Made by a program: the position numbers and the translations under genes
Shown: positions 24,496 through 34,555 of the stretch, piece by piece
Layout of the letters: each line of letters begins with the position of its first letter
Position numbering within the stretch: the stretch's first letter is position 1
The notes under the pieces: generated by a model
What the model was told of the DNA's origin: nothing
The model's input: only the letters and a program-made list of their open reading frames with translations
Database searches by the model: none
IMG/VR virus record: IMGVR_UViG_3300025502_000011
Reading direction: 5' to 3' (one strand)
Source: a virus
Length of the DNA: 64,000 nt

Positions 24496-26518
24496 TCGTA
24501 TTTCTTTTTTGGATAAACACCTTTTTATCTTTCTCTCTATAAGAGAAGGTTATTGAGGCTCCTTCTTTTATTTCGCCCTTGAGGACAGCTTGCGCAAAAG
24601 TGTTCTCCAAATGTGATGTTATAGCTCTTTTAAGGGGTCTTGCTCCAAACTTCTTATCATAACCTACGTCTGCTATGAAATCTTTCACACTGTCTGACAC
24701 TTTAACCTTATAACCTCTTTGTTCAATTCTGCTTATAACAACTTGTAGTTCCAAGCTAACAATGTCCATTATCTCGTCCTTTGTAAGTGGCATGAAGATT
24801 ATTTTCTCGTCAATGCGGTTGATTAGCTCTGGTCTGAAAAAATTTCCAAGCTCTCCCATGATAAGTTTCTCAATATCTTCTTGCTCTGTTTCTTTTGCAG
24901 CAAATCCAAGTGATTTATTCTTAAACAGCTTATCAGTTCCAATATTTGATGTCATAATGATGACAGTGTTTTTAAAGTTAATCTCTTGCCCATGATTATC
25001 CGTCAGTTTGCCTTCGTCAAAAATTTGAAGCATAATATTGAATACGTCTGGATGCGCTTTCTCTATTTCATCAAACAATAGTATGGAGTAAGGTTGGTTC
25101 TTAATTTTTTCAGTCAACAAACCCTTGTCTTCATGGCCAATGTAACCAGGGGGAGACCCAATCAACTTAGCGACCGATATCTTCTCCATGTATTCACTCA
25201 TATCAAACCTAATGAAAGACTCTGGGAGGTCAAACATGTACTCAGCTAGCATTTTGCTTAAGTATGTCTTACCTACTCCTGTTGAACCTAAAAACAATAA
25301 AGATGCAATTGGTTTGTTTGGGTCCTGTATGCCTACGCGAGACCTTTGGACTGCCTCACAAATTTTTTCAATAGCTACTTTCTGTCCGATGACTCTATCT
25401 GAAAGGTATGTTTGCATTTTCAAGAGCTTATTGCTTTCATTATCTGTAAGCTTAGACACAGGTATACCTGTGTGGGATGCGATGATTGCTGCTACGTCTT
25501 TTTTTGTGATAGGTTGTTTGTCATCTTTTAAGGACTGCTTCCATTTTTCAGTCATATTCTGGATGTTCTGCTTAGTGCTTCGCTCTTTATCGCGAAGTTT
25601 TGCTGCGACTTCATATTGCTGCTTCGCTACGGCTTTTTTCTTATCTTGTTCAATCTCTTGAAGACCTTCTTCGGCATCTTTTAGGTCTTTAGGTATTTCT
25701 CTAAATCCAAGCTTTGCTTTTGAGCCGACTTCATCTAAGACATCTATTGCTTTATCTGGGAAATTCCTGTAGTTAATATATCTATCTGACAGCTCAACTA
25801 TAAATTCTAATGTTTCGTCTGAAAATGATACGCCGTGATAATCTTCATAGCGTTCCTTTATTTGTTTTAGAATTTCAACCGTCTGCTTCGCAGTTGGAAC
25901 CGACAGCATGACTTTCTGAAATCTTCTATCAAGCGCTGAGTCATTAGCAATTGTTTTTTTGTGTTCCTCTAAAGTTGTTGCTCCAATAACACGCATTGTA
26001 CCACGAGCTAGCTCTGGTTTAATGATTTGAGATGCATCCATTGAACCAGATGCACCACCAGCTCCCATGAGATTGTGAATTTCATCAATAAATATGATAA
26101 CATCGTCATTTTTTACTGCTTCGTCAATAATAGCCTTCATTCGCTCTTCGAACTGGCCACGGTACTTTGTTCCTCCGACCAAGGAGGACAAATTTAATTC
26201 AATAATTCTTTTATTGAGTAACCATCTATCAGTTTTGCGATTTACGATTCGCAAAGCCAGCCCTTCGACTAATGCTGTTTTTCCTGTTCCAGCCTCTCCT
26301 ACGATTATGGGGTTATTCTTCTTTCTTTTGTTGAGAATTTGGACCATCATGTCGATTTCTTCTTCTCGCCCTATTACAGGGTCGAGTTCTCCTTTTGCTG
26401 CTAGCAGCGTTAGGTCTCTACCAAAATGTTCTAATACCTGCGTGGAACCCTCTGTGAAAGAAGGGCCCATCCCTTTTTCATCGTCATCAGGGTCTTGAGA
26501 AAATGCTCGTCCTGCCAT
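24473..26518 (-). CDS. clpB: ClpB/ClpC-type double AAA+ ATPase lacking the N-terminal Clp-N domain
   Basis: LDPVIGR, GEAGTGKT, KYRGQFEERMK, FIDEIH, GSTGVGKT, LFDEIEKAH, GARPLKR. Confidence 0.9.
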   Translation of the reverse strand: MAGRAFSQDPDDDEKGMGPSFTEGSTQVLEHFGRDLTLLAAKGELDPVIGREEEIDMMVQILNKRKKNNPIIVGEAGTGKTALVEGLALRIVNRKTDRWLLNKRIIELNLSSLVGGTKYRGQFEERMKAIIDEAVKNDDVIIFIDEIHNLMGAGGASGSMDASQIIKPELARGTMRVIGATTLEEHKKTIANDSALDRRFQKVMLSVPTAKQTVEILKQIKERYEDYHGVSFSDETLEFIVELSDRYINYRNFPDKAIDVLDEVGSKAKLGFREIPKDLKDAEEGLQEIEQDKKKAVAKQQYEVAAKLRDKERSTKQNIQNMTEKWKQSLKDDKQPITKKDVAAIIASHTGIPVSKLTDNESNKLLKMQTYLSDRVIGQKVAIEKICEAVQRSRVGIQDPNKPIASLLFLGSTGVGKTYLSKMLAEYMFDLPESFIRFDMSEYMEKISVAKLIGSPPGYIGHEDKGLLTEKIKNQPYSILLFDEIEKAHPDVFNIMLQIFDEGKLTDNHGQEINFKNTVIIMTSNIGTDKLFKNKSLGFAAKETEQEDIEKLIMGELGNFFRPELINRIDEKIIFMPLTKDEIMDIVSLELQVVISRIEQRGYKVKVSDSVKDFIADVGYDKKFGARPLKRAITSHLENTFAQAVLKGEIKEGASITFSYREKDKKVFIQKRNTNAKNKAE

Positions 26519-26626
26519 TTTTTTATGTCTATTGTTATATTGTAGTACAACAATAGACATAAAATGGGACAAATTCAAATTTATTCATGATGCCCACAAA
26601 TCGTTTTTACGTTTGTGGGTAGTTCA

Positions 26627-26842
26627 CTATACCACCAGTGACGGCTTTAATTCAAAATAAATGCTGTCTTCTTCTTCAATTGTATGAAGGTCAAATTTTT
26701 TTTCAGGATAGTTCTTTCGAATTTCATCCCACAAAGAATCGAAACCTCTTCTTCTTAGCTCGTCTGCAGTTGCTTCAAAAACAATCTTCTTTACACTACG
26801 TGTTATAATTTTCATAACCACCTTTTTAAAAGTTATCACCAC
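26627..26842 (-). CDS. Hypothetical protein
   Basis: 71-aa ORF. Confidence 0.5.
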   Translation of the reverse strand: MVITFKKVVMKIITRSVKKIVFEATADELRRRGFDSLWDEIRKNYPEKKFDLHTIEEEDSIYFELKPSLVV

Positions 26843-27237
26843 TGAACTGGCTTTGTGCCAAAGCGGTATTTCTCCCTTAATTCAGAATAGAATTGAGGGT
26901 TGCCTTTCAGTTGTGAAATCACCTTGTCGGCCACTTCTAAGATGTTAAATTCTGGGTTTCTCTGTTTTTCGATTTTCAATCCGAGATTGAATTCCGTTGT
27001 TGGAAATTCATAAATCTCTTTATTGTCAGCTAGTTGAGCATAGTCCCACAGATAATCTGCTACGGGGTCTACGTCTTGAGGAACCTGTGTCGCCTCCCTT
27101 CCTTCATAAGGAAACTTACCCTTGTCGTTTGTCGCATACACATGGGCTTGCCCATCATTTTCATGAATTGCGTATTTCTCAAAAAGAGCACTTCTTACTA
27201 TGGAACGGATTAATTTCACGCCTATTTGGTTTCCCAT
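26836..27237 (-). CDS. Hypothetical protein
   Basis: 133-aa ORF. Confidence 0.6.
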   Translation of the reverse strand: MGNQIGVKLIRSIVRSALFEKYAIHENDGQAHVYATNDKGKFPYEGREATQVPQDVDPVADYLWDYAQLADNKEIYEFPTTEFNLGLKIEKQRNPEFNILEVADKVISQLKGNPQFYSELREKYRFGTKPVQW

Positions 27238-27300
27238 AAATAGGCACGAAAACCTATTTAGTCGCCTCTATTTAGTCGCCTCTAGCCTGTCTATTTCAGC

Positions 27301-27927
27301 TTAGATAAAGTCAATCTTGTTTTGAGTAGTCTGCCCTTTATATCCAACGTCTTTCAACATTTCCAAGAGTTTGACTCTAATTAGCTGCTCCCCGATGTTT
27401 TCAATCTTCATTTGGAGTGAGTTATACTCACCAATCTCAAATTGGTCCTTAGCTTCCTTTTTGTCATTGACAGATTTAATTAGGACGTTGATGGCGTCTC
27501 TCATTAAATCACGAAAACCTTCTGGTGGAGCAAACTCTTTGTTTCGGAGAATGTCATACTGAATAGTGTGGATGTTGGCCATCATTGTCTTACAAGGGCA
27601 ATCGTGAAGCTCCCCTTTGTAGTCCATGACTCTCACACAGCCGTCAATCATATCTAAGATAATCGACTGTTCCTTAGTGAACACGATTGTTTCCTCTTGA
27701 GTATCTTGAGCCACAATCATAGATACAAATCCTCTGATTTGTTCCATATTCATTTCTCTCTCTGGAAATAAGAATGTCGTCTTGGTGATGGGAATCATCT
27801 TCTCTAGGTCGTTGTAAGAAGAGTATGGGACGATGATGAATTTGATTATTTTACCATTGTAAAACATCTTTGACATTGATTCTTGCTCTGGTGTGAGGTC
27901 GAATATTCCTTTTTTAAACTGACTCAT
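27301..27927 (-). CDS. Hypothetical protein
   Basis: 208-aa ORF. Confidence 0.7.
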   Translation of the reverse strand: MSQFKKGIFDLTPEQESMSKMFYNGKIIKFIIVPYSSYNDLEKMIPITKTTFLFPEREMNMEQIRGFVSMIVAQDTQEETIVFTKEQSIILDMIDGCVRVMDYKGELHDCPCKTMMANIHTIQYDILRNKEFAPPEGFRDLMRDAINVLIKSVNDKKEAKDQFEIGEYNSLQMKIENIGEQLIRVKLLEMLKDVGYKGQTTQNKIDFI

Positions 27928-27938
27928 GTTCGCTTATG

Positions 27939-28553
27939 TTAGTTGTCAAACCAGAAAACAATTCGGTACTCCAAATCTTTTTTTTCATTTGACCTATTAT
28001 CGTATCTAAAAACTTCTTCTTTTCTTTGCTCCATCGCCTCAATCAGGCCTTTGAGAGTATCTCTTTGAGATTCCCACTTTCTAAAAATTTGGCTTGGTGC
28101 GTTTCCACCGTGCCACCAAAATTTAGGCATTTCTCCCGCATCTACTCGTGCTGCATCGTCTGGCGACATAAACCCAGAGTATTTAGTCTCTTTCTGGTTT
28201 TTTCTGTATTCTTTTAGCTCTGCCAAAGTTAACCAGGAATGCGAATGACCATCACCGCCCCAATACTCTTGTTGTTCCATGATGTACGCACAACAATCGC
28301 TAGGAATGCCTTTGGGTTCGCATATAAAATTATTATCCCTTTCGTTTCTGACGTTGGCCAAGACTCCGAACAAATCGTAATTCCTTCCTCCGCAGACCTC
28401 GACAACATTAAACTGGCTTTCACCTTCTTCGTTATCTCTCTCGAAGTATTTATTCATCGTGAACAGGTCACAATTTTCCCAAACTTCTTTGTCTTCATCC
28501 ATTGCTGGCCGTTGTGGCTTGCGCTCTGAAAACATGTGAATATCACATCCCAT
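27939..28553 (-). CDS. Conserved phage hypothetical protein (MGCDIH family)
   Basis: MGCDIH, RNY.LFG.LA.VR, GDGHSHSWLTL.EL, RIVFWFDN motifs. Confidence 0.8.
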   Translation of the reverse strand: MGCDIHMFSERKPQRPAMDEDKEVWENCDLFTMNKYFERDNEEGESQFNVVEVCGGRNYDLFGVLANVRNERDNNFICEPKGIPSDCCAYIMEQQEYWGGDGHSHSWLTLAELKEYRKNQKETKYSGFMSPDDAARVDAGEMPKFWWHGGNAPSQIFRKWESQRDTLKGLIEAMEQRKEEVFRYDNRSNEKKDLEYRIVFWFDN

Positions 28554-28573
28554 TGCTATTGTTTTTAATGCTC

Positions 28574-28602
28574 AATATACGCAAGAAATTGAATTAAGTT
28601 AC
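28574..28602 (-). promoter_or_regulatory. Bipartite phage promoter motif
   Basis: GTAAC-N16-CGTATATT. Confidence 0.75.
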
Positions 28603-29564
28603 ATTCCAAAATGAGTCTCCATTGAAGATTGACAAATCATAAGCAAACCACACTGGTATTCAACTTGGCTATCAAACCCTTCTTTCACTAGCTTGTTTTG
28701 ACTAATAGTCATTTCAGCCTTGAAATCCTCGTAATTGTCATGATTCCTCCACGCATCAATGTAGCCTTGCATTGCAGATTGAATCATATCAGCCAAAGTA
28801 TATCCTCGTTTGTGCACCATCCATTCTGAGGGTGACCAAAACTGGACACCTTTTCTGTCTTCACGGAACGAGTAGTATAATCGCTTATAAACCTCTCCAT
28901 CTCGGTTTTTTTGCTGGAATTCTAAGTAGCGTTCGTTTGCTTTCTTATCGAAAGTCAAGTGCAAGTGAGCATCAACCAATTGCATTGCTTCTTGAGAACC
29001 TGCAAAATCCTCTTCCTTGGTTACCATGCCAATAACGAACACTGTTCCCCCAGTTTCTTTCGCCCATTTAAGAAGCATACGAACCGCCTCTACTTCGCGC
29101 TCTAATTTTCCGCCTGGAATATCAGATGCAGCAGTTTGAAGTGAGTCCACAATGATGAACTCTGTTTTGTTTTCTTTTGTCAATTCCAAAAAAGAGACAA
29201 GCGTAGGAATGCTTCTCTCGTCGTCCAAATGAGCATTAGCATGGAAGTCCATGTTTTGATTACGAGAGCGCACTTTACCTGCGCTAGACTCTCTTTGATA
29301 TTGTGCGGACTTCATGCTTTTAAGCTCACATTGTAGTTGAGTAAATAGTGTGGTTTTGCCTGCCCCTGAGGAGCCAGTTACAAAATACACTTGCTCTTTA
29401 ACGATTCCTCCATCAAACGAAAATAAATCATTAAGAAGATTGTGTTCTGTGAGAAAAACTTGTAAAGGAATGTCTATCACTTTGGTAGACGGCGTCAACT
29501 GTGGTTTTAATTGGTCTGCTAAGTCTTGTTCTTCCATGATTATATTTATATAGTGCTCATTCAC
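28599..29564 (-). CDS. RadA/Sms-like RecA-superfamily ATPase
   Basis: TGSSGAGKTT Walker A, IVDSLQT Walker B, AG...QLVD, KNR motifs. Confidence 0.75.
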   Translation of the reverse strand: MNEHYINIIMEEQDLADQLKPQLTPSTKVIDIPLQVFLTEHNLLNDLFSFDGGIVKEQVYFVTGSSGAGKTTLFTQLQCELKSMKSAQYQRESSAGKVRSRNQNMDFHANAHLDDERSIPTLVSFLELTKENKTEFIIVDSLQTAASDIPGGKLEREVEAVRMLLKWAKETGGTVFVIGMVTKEEDFAGSQEAMQLVDAHLHLTFDKKANERYLEFQQKNRDGEVYKRLYYSFREDRKGVQFWSPSEWMVHKRGYTLADMIQSAMQGYIDAWRNHDNYEDFKAEMTISQNKLVKEGFDSQVEYQCGLLMICQSSMETHFGM

Positions 29565-29593
29565 AGTATACGGTGAGAATTTAAAAAGGTTAC
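29565..29593 (-). promoter_or_regulatory. Bipartite phage promoter motif
   Basis: GTAAC-N16-CGTATACT. Confidence 0.7.
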
Positions 29594-29594
29594 A

Positions 29595-30146
29595 TTAGGC
29601 TTCTGTGATATGCTCTGTGGTGAATAAATATCTCACTTTCTGATTTTTCCAGTAGGCTAATTTTTCATCCTGGGCCTGGCGTGTGATGTTGATTTTCGTT
29701 AGGAATCCCATGCAATCATCCTCTAAGGCAAATCCTGCATAGATAGACTTAGGGTGTTCGGGAAGGAATATACAAAACATATCGAATTCCAAAACGTCTG
29801 AGCCGTTGGCTCCTTTGGCTTCTTGAAGTTGCTCTGCTACAATCTTTTCTCGGTCGTAATCGTTTACGTCATTGTTAGACATGTAATTCCAAGCAGTCTT
29901 TACACCTTCTGGGAGGTCTACTACTCTCGTTCCGTCTACTCTGTACCAGATTATTCCGTAATCCGTTAACAGTCTCAACTGGTCCTTATCGACTCTATCC
30001 ACGATTAGAATCCAGGTCTTCTTAGTTTTGTTTGGCGCTCCTCTTGTTGCTCTTATAACGGAGCCATCGGAAAACAACTTGCTTCGCTCTGGGCGAACTT
30101 TCTTCAGGGCCCTATCGCGCCACCATTTTGTTGAAAATATCCGCAT
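29595..30146 (-). CDS. Hypothetical protein
   Basis: 183-aa ORF. Confidence 0.7.
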   Translation of the reverse strand: MRIFSTKWWRDRALKKVRPERSKLFSDGSVIRATRGAPNKTKKTWILIVDRVDKDQLRLLTDYGIIWYRVDGTRVVDLPEGVKTAWNYMSNNDVNDYDREKIVAEQLQEAKGANGSDVLEFDMFCIFLPEHPKSIYAGFALEDDCMGFLTKINITRQAQDEKLAYWKNQKVRYLFTTEHITEA

Positions 30147-30928
30147 TATGCTTTCTGAGGTTTAGGGAGAACAATAGTTTGAATGAATTTAAATGGGGTG
30201 TTGGTTGTCGATTCCCAAGAGATAATGTCTCCTATGTCTCTGCTTCCTTCGTAAAGTGGGTAGTCAAACGCAGCATAGTTGGTTGCATCTTTAGGCTTCA
30301 CCTCTTGACCAGTGTTCCATTTGTATTTTTTGATTCCATGCTCAATCTTGAGCGAGATGGTGTCTAGCTTAGGGAACAGCTCGTCGAACTGCTTTTTGCT
30401 CAAGAATTCCTCCTGGCCTTCAATCCTAACTCCAACTAACCCGTTGAAGTTATCATCCCAATCTTTATCTGATTTTCTCTCAAAAACAAAGTCCACTATT
30501 GGAACTTCTTGTTGATGCAGGTCCCAGTAGAGCCTAAAGGTTTTTTGAAATGAGTCGTTTTGGTCCAAGTGAATCATTGTCCAAATTAAGCTTTCGATGT
30601 GGCCGTCAATATGCTCGTCAATGACTGCTCTTGTTCTTCCTTTCTTTTTCCCTTCCACATCTGGAACTGGAACTTCTTTAGTTCGTACAAAACAGCTAAA
30701 AATATCTCCTTGGCGCAATCCTTTGTGGAAGCCTTGAAATGCGTCTTCTGAGTTTTCCCAGTGCCCTGGTTCTGGTTTCATGTAACAGGAGAGCATCTTA
30801 TTGAAATTGGCCTCACCCATCATTTTCATGAATGTGCCCCACACACCAATTATGTCATGCGCATGCGCATCTGAATGATGGTTCATTTCATCTTCTATGC
30901 GCTTTTGAAACTTTTTGTATAAACTCAT
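30146..30928 (-). CDS. Hypothetical protein
   Basis: 260-aa ORF. Confidence 0.7.
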   Translation of the reverse strand: MSLYKKFQKRIEDEMNHHSDAHAHDIIGVWGTFMKMMGEANFNKMLSCYMKPEPGHWENSEDAFQGFHKGLRQGDIFSCFVRTKEVPVPDVEGKKKGRTRAVIDEHIDGHIESLIWTMIHLDQNDSFQKTFRLYWDLHQQEVPIVDFVFERKSDKDWDDNFNGLVGVRIEGQEEFLSKKQFDELFPKLDTISLKIEHGIKKYKWNTGQEVKPKDATNYAAFDYPLYEGSRDIGDIISWESTTNTPFKFIQTIVLPKPQKA

Positions 30929-30945
30929 AAGACTGATTTATTATC

Positions 30946-30974
30946 AATATACGAGCCTCAGCTTAAAAAGTTTC
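30946..30974 (-). promoter_or_regulatory. Bipartite phage promoter motif
   Basis: GAAAC-N16-CGTATATT. Confidence 0.75.
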
Positions 30975-31281
30975 ACCTTTTCTTGTTAGCGTCCATCTCT
31001 TCCCATGTTATTAGCCTTTCTGTATCTGGCTGGTCCACCATCTCAATCATATTAAGACGTTCTGAAATTCTAATCATCTGACTCACGTGCCCTAGGTCAT
31101 CGTAGAACTTTTTGCAACAAACCCCTTCTTTTCCTTCCCCTGTCATGTCTTTATGGCAAGTGAAATACGTTTGCTCTTTTACACATGTTTGAATGATTTC
31201 ACTAGCTCGTTCTGGAGAGACAATTCTGTTTTTTGTGAGCAAGCAGTTTTTGCACGGACGTTTGTATACTTTGAATCCCAT
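30973..31281 (-). CDS. Cys-rich phage hypothetical protein
   Basis: PCKNCL, FTCHK, CCKKF motifs. Confidence 0.65.
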   Translation of the reverse strand: MGFKVYKRPCKNCLLTKNRIVSPERASEIIQTCVKEQTYFTCHKDMTGEGKEGVCCKKFYDDLGHVSQMIRISERLNMIEMVDQPDTERLITWEEMDANKKR

Positions 31282-31285
31282 ATCC

Positions 31286-31720
31286 TTATTTTCCTTTTAG
31301 AATGGCCAATTCGTTTTCTAATTGTTTAATCCTGGATTCGTTTCGTGAAAGCTGATGCTTCTCTTCATGCAAATCTGCCGTGGCAATATCCTCTTGAGTA
31401 GATAATCGGAGCACTCCATAGTCAAACATATACCCACTGTGGTCGGAATGATGTTCAATTTTTACGTGGGTTGCTCCTTTGGATTTAAAGTCAGCAAGAA
31501 GCTTTTCTATTTGTTCAATAGAGACCCACGCCCCTCCTGCAGTTAGGTATCTATTGAGAATCTCACCATCTTTATCAAGGCGAATCTCACGCTTACAGTA
31601 AACGCAATCTGCGCCTGGCTCATTCCAGCCAGGGAGAGACTCTCTGGTTTCGAAATCTAAGTCAGAAATCTCGGTGTCTCCGAAAATTTGAACTGTCAAA
31701 CATTTTTCTATATCTCCCAT
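31286..31720 (-). CDS. Hypothetical protein
   Basis: 144-aa ORF. Confidence 0.65.
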   Translation of the reverse strand: MGDIEKCLTVQIFGDTEISDLDFETRESLPGWNEPGADCVYCKREIRLDKDGEILNRYLTAGGAWVSIEQIEKLLADFKSKGATHVKIEHHSDHSGYMFDYGVLRLSTQEDIATADLHEEKHQLSRNESRIKQLENELAILKGK

Positions 31721-32802
31721 TATGACATCTTGTATTTGAAGTCGTGGCCCGCTTTCAATTGAATTAAAAACTCGTACATTGATGCGATAACACTTTTTAC
31801 ATCTTCTTTATGTACAGTCTCAACTGTTGTGTGCATGTATTTTAGCGGGAAAGACATTAGAACAGATGCTGTTCCTTCACCAGCATAAGCAATTGCGTCT
31901 GTATCTGTTCCAGTGTGGTTAGAAGACGCTGCTAACTGATACGGGATGGCGTTGCTGTCACAAACCTCTCGAACCATTTTAAGAAGATTATTTTGAACCG
32001 CTGGAGCGATAGTCAACACACCGCCTTGCCCAGCCTCAAACAAGCCTTGTTTTGACGAGTTGTATGCTGGTGACGTGGTTTCGTGACAAACATCCACTAC
32101 GAACGCCACATCGGGCTCTATTCGCTTCGCAACCATACCTGCTCCACGCAAACCAATCTCCTCTTGTACGGCGTTCACCACACAAAGCTTAAATGGTAAT
32201 TCCACATTGTTCTCCTTCAAGAGTCTTGCGACTTCCGCTATTGCAAATCCGCCAATCTTGTTGTCGAGAGCTTTTGCGGTGAAGTAATCTTTTCCGAGCC
32301 TCATGAAGTCCGCTTGGAATGTGATGATGGTTCCTACTTCGATTCCCATTTTCTCGGCATCCTTCTTATTTTTTGCTCCGATGTCCACAAAGATGCTTTC
32401 CAATGTCGATTCTTTCGCTCGCCCTTTTACATGAATTGCTGGATGACCGAACACTCCTTGAATTTTTCCTTTGGTTCCCCATACATCTACTCGCATAGAT
32501 GGGGCTATTTGAGTATCGCTTCCTCCGTTGCGAATCACTTTAAGATAACCTCGGCTGTCAACTTGTTGAACATACCAAGCAATCTCGTCAGCATGGGCCT
32601 CAATCATTACTGTGTAATCGGAATCCATATCTCCCATTTCGGCTATGGCGCTTCCATATGTGTCCAGGTAAACATTATCCACGTAATCTGAAATGTGTTT
32701 TACCCACACTTGCTGTCCACCCATCTGAACTTCAAACCCACTAGGCGAGCATGTGTTCAGGTATTCTTTTAAAAATTTCTTTTGGAGTTTTATTTTCGTC
32801 AT
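31720..32802 (-). CDS. M42-family metallopeptidase
   Basis: PSGFE, AHADEI, KALDNKIG, QEEIGLRGA, VDVCH, GTDTD, YMHT motifs. Confidence 0.92.
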   Translation of the reverse strand: MTKIKLQKKFLKEYLNTCSPSGFEVQMGGQQVWVKHISDYVDNVYLDTYGSAIAEMGDMDSDYTVMIEAHADEIAWYVQQVDSRGYLKVIRNGGSDTQIAPSMRVDVWGTKGKIQGVFGHPAIHVKGRAKESTLESIFVDIGAKNKKDAEKMGIEVGTIITFQADFMRLGKDYFTAKALDNKIGGFAIAEVARLLKENNVELPFKLCVVNAVQEEIGLRGAGMVAKRIEPDVAFVVDVCHETTSPAYNSSKQGLFEAGQGGVLTIAPAVQNNLLKMVREVCDSNAIPYQLAASSNHTGTDTDAIAYAGEGTASVLMSFPLKYMHTTVETVHKEDVKSVIASMYEFLIQLKAGHDFKYKMS

Positions 32803-33248
32803 TTAGTAAGGTTATTGTTGAGCTCCTTTAAACCATCATCGATGGATTTGAGTAATTCTATATCTTTTGGAGTCTCCTCAGTCTTGTCGTCTGGGTCCTC
32901 TCGGCGAGCCTTATATAGGTTATATCCTTTTACTACAAAATACATTACCAAAGCTACAATTAAAAAGTCAATTGCAACCTCTATAAACTGTCCATAATTT
33001 ATCGACACCGCTTCTTTTATGACGTCTCCATTTAGTTTTGTTTCATTCCTTAATGTTAATTGCATATCAGCAAAATTTGCATAAGATGTAAACAAAGAGA
33101 AAGGAGGCATTATAATGTCTTTGACTAAAGAATTAATTAAGACACTGAATTTCATTCCGACTATGATTCCCACGACCATGTCTACGAAGTTCGCTTTGAG
33201 AGCAAACTTTTTAAATTCGGATACAAACTTTTTAACTGGGGCCATCAT
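32799..33248 (-). CDS. mscL: Large-conductance mechanosensitive channel
   Basis: EFKKFALKANFVDM.VGII.G..F..L..SLV.DIIMPP...YG.FI...IDFLI; ELL..I.D tail. Confidence 0.9.
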   Translation of the reverse strand: MMAPVKKFVSEFKKFALKANFVDMVVGIIVGMKFSVLINSLVKDIIMPPFSLFTSYANFADMQLTLRNETKLNGDVIKEAVSINYGQFIEVAIDFLIVALVMYFVVKGYNLYKARREDPDDKTEETPKDIELLKSIDDGLKELNNNLTK

Positions 33249-33592
33249 ACTGCGTATTCATCGCAGAAATCAAAAGTGAGTTCAAGCTCTGGGTCTTCCG
33301 CTGCTGCGTATTTTGCTTTGAACTGGTTTTCTTCGCAAAAATCAAGAAAGTTTTTGACCAGGTTTGCTGAATCAAACTCTTGGCCCTTGTCGAACAACCG
33401 TCGCACGATTGGGAACATCACCATTGCAGGATTAACTGTTATCGACTTCACCTGTTTAATCATTTTTTCATAGCCTGGAGATAGAAGAAAATTCTTCATC
33501 GCCTCCATCTTGCTTGTGCATGCTACTTTTTTCGAATCATTGAGATGGTTAAGTAGTCCTGACTTCTCCCATAGCTCCATTATTTTATTCAT
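33245..33592 (-). CDS. Hypothetical protein (LWEKSGLL motif seen in capsid-protein N-termini)
   Basis: 115-aa ORF. Confidence 0.55.
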   Translation of the reverse strand: MNKIMELWEKSGLLNHLNDSKKVACTSKMEAMKNFLLSPGYEKMIKQVKSITVNPAMVMFPIVRRLFDKGQEFDSANLVKNFLDFCEENQFKAKYAAAEDPELELTFDFCDEYAV

Positions 33593-34022
33593 TCCAAGGT
33601 GTTTTTTTACAAATTTCTATTACCTTCTTGCATCTATTTACAGAAAACATGCCTATGTGACACAATGCTTTGGGGATTCCCATTTTCTTTCTAAGCCAAC
33701 TGTAGGCTTCTCTTCTGTTCCAGTTCTTTCTCCTCTCGTAAGCAATGGGGTCGAAAGCCGCGTGGGCTTGCTTCCTCCAGTTGCGAAGCTCTCCTTTGGC
33801 AACACTGCCTAAGCTCTCCTTTGAGGTCTTATGGTGAACCCCAACATAAGCATCACAGGGCTCGCATAAATACATCATCCCATAACTACGACCATACACA
33901 AGGGATGAATCCACGTATTTTGTTTCGCCTTTGCAGTAAGGACACTTCTTTCCTCGAAGTATTTCAAAGTCCGCCCCCAAATGTTCGCATGCACTCTTTA
34001 ATTCTGCATCATCTATTTCCAT
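33585..34022 (-). CDS. Zinc-finger protein (DUF3268-like)
   Basis: CPYC, YLCEPCDAYVGVH, AHAAFDP, CHIGMF motifs. Confidence 0.85.
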   Translation of the reverse strand: MEIDDAELKSACEHLGADFEILRGKKCPYCKGETKYVDSSLVYGRSYGMMYLCEPCDAYVGVHHKTSKESLGSVAKGELRNWRKQAHAAFDPIAYERRKNWNRREAYSWLRKKMGIPKALCHIGMFSVNRCKKVIEICKKTPWNE

Positions 34023-34039
34023 AAGTCTCTACTCTGTAT

Positions 34040-34501
34040 CTATGACGGGTCGCGCACTTCCGACCAAACTTTACTATTTAACCCTCTCTTGTATGTGGTC
34101 CCAAATCTGATTGGAGACGCCATGTTTGTTAATGCGATTTGCATCACAATCTTCGTCTCTTGAAATACTCGATACATTCGGAAATAATTCTCCTTGTACC
34201 AGGCTTTGTATTCCTCTAAATCCATTTTTGAAAACTCTTCCTGGGTCTTCTCTCCCATTTCTATTGCAATATCTTGGTCCCACGGTTTATTTCCGAACGG
34301 ACGCTTATCGTCTGTACAGAATATACCTTCGTAGCAAACGTCGTAGTCTGCTCCAAATGTGATATCTATTCTTGATGCTAATTGGATGTGGTGGGGTTCG
34401 ATTCTAAACTCCTGCGCATTTTCGAGCTCTGCACTAATAGAATTCTTTTGTGCGTCTAATGTTATAAGCTCGTCTTCTTTCCAAATTTCTCTAAACCACA
34501 T
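34040..34501 (-). CDS. Hypothetical protein
   Basis: 153-aa ORF. Confidence 0.65.
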   Translation of the reverse strand: MWFREIWKEDELITLDAQKNSISAELENAQEFRIEPHHIQLASRIDITFGADYDVCYEGIFCTDDKRPFGNKPWDQDIAIEMGEKTQEEFSKMDLEEYKAWYKENYFRMYRVFQETKIVMQIALTNMASPIRFGTTYKRGLNSKVWSEVRDPS

Positions 34502-34526
34502 AAGGGGACATTTTTAGTGTGCCTCC

Positions 34527-34555
34527 AATATACGGTAGAATTCAGAAAAGGTTTC
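34527..34555 (-). promoter_or_regulatory. Bipartite phage promoter motif
   Basis: GAAAC-N16-CGTATATT. Confidence 0.75.

Noticed and set aside
27254-27284. 14-bp tandem duplication CTATTTAGTCGCCT x2
   Set aside because: Only two units in a short intergenic region; most likely slippage or part of a terminator/promoter, with no evidence of a larger system.
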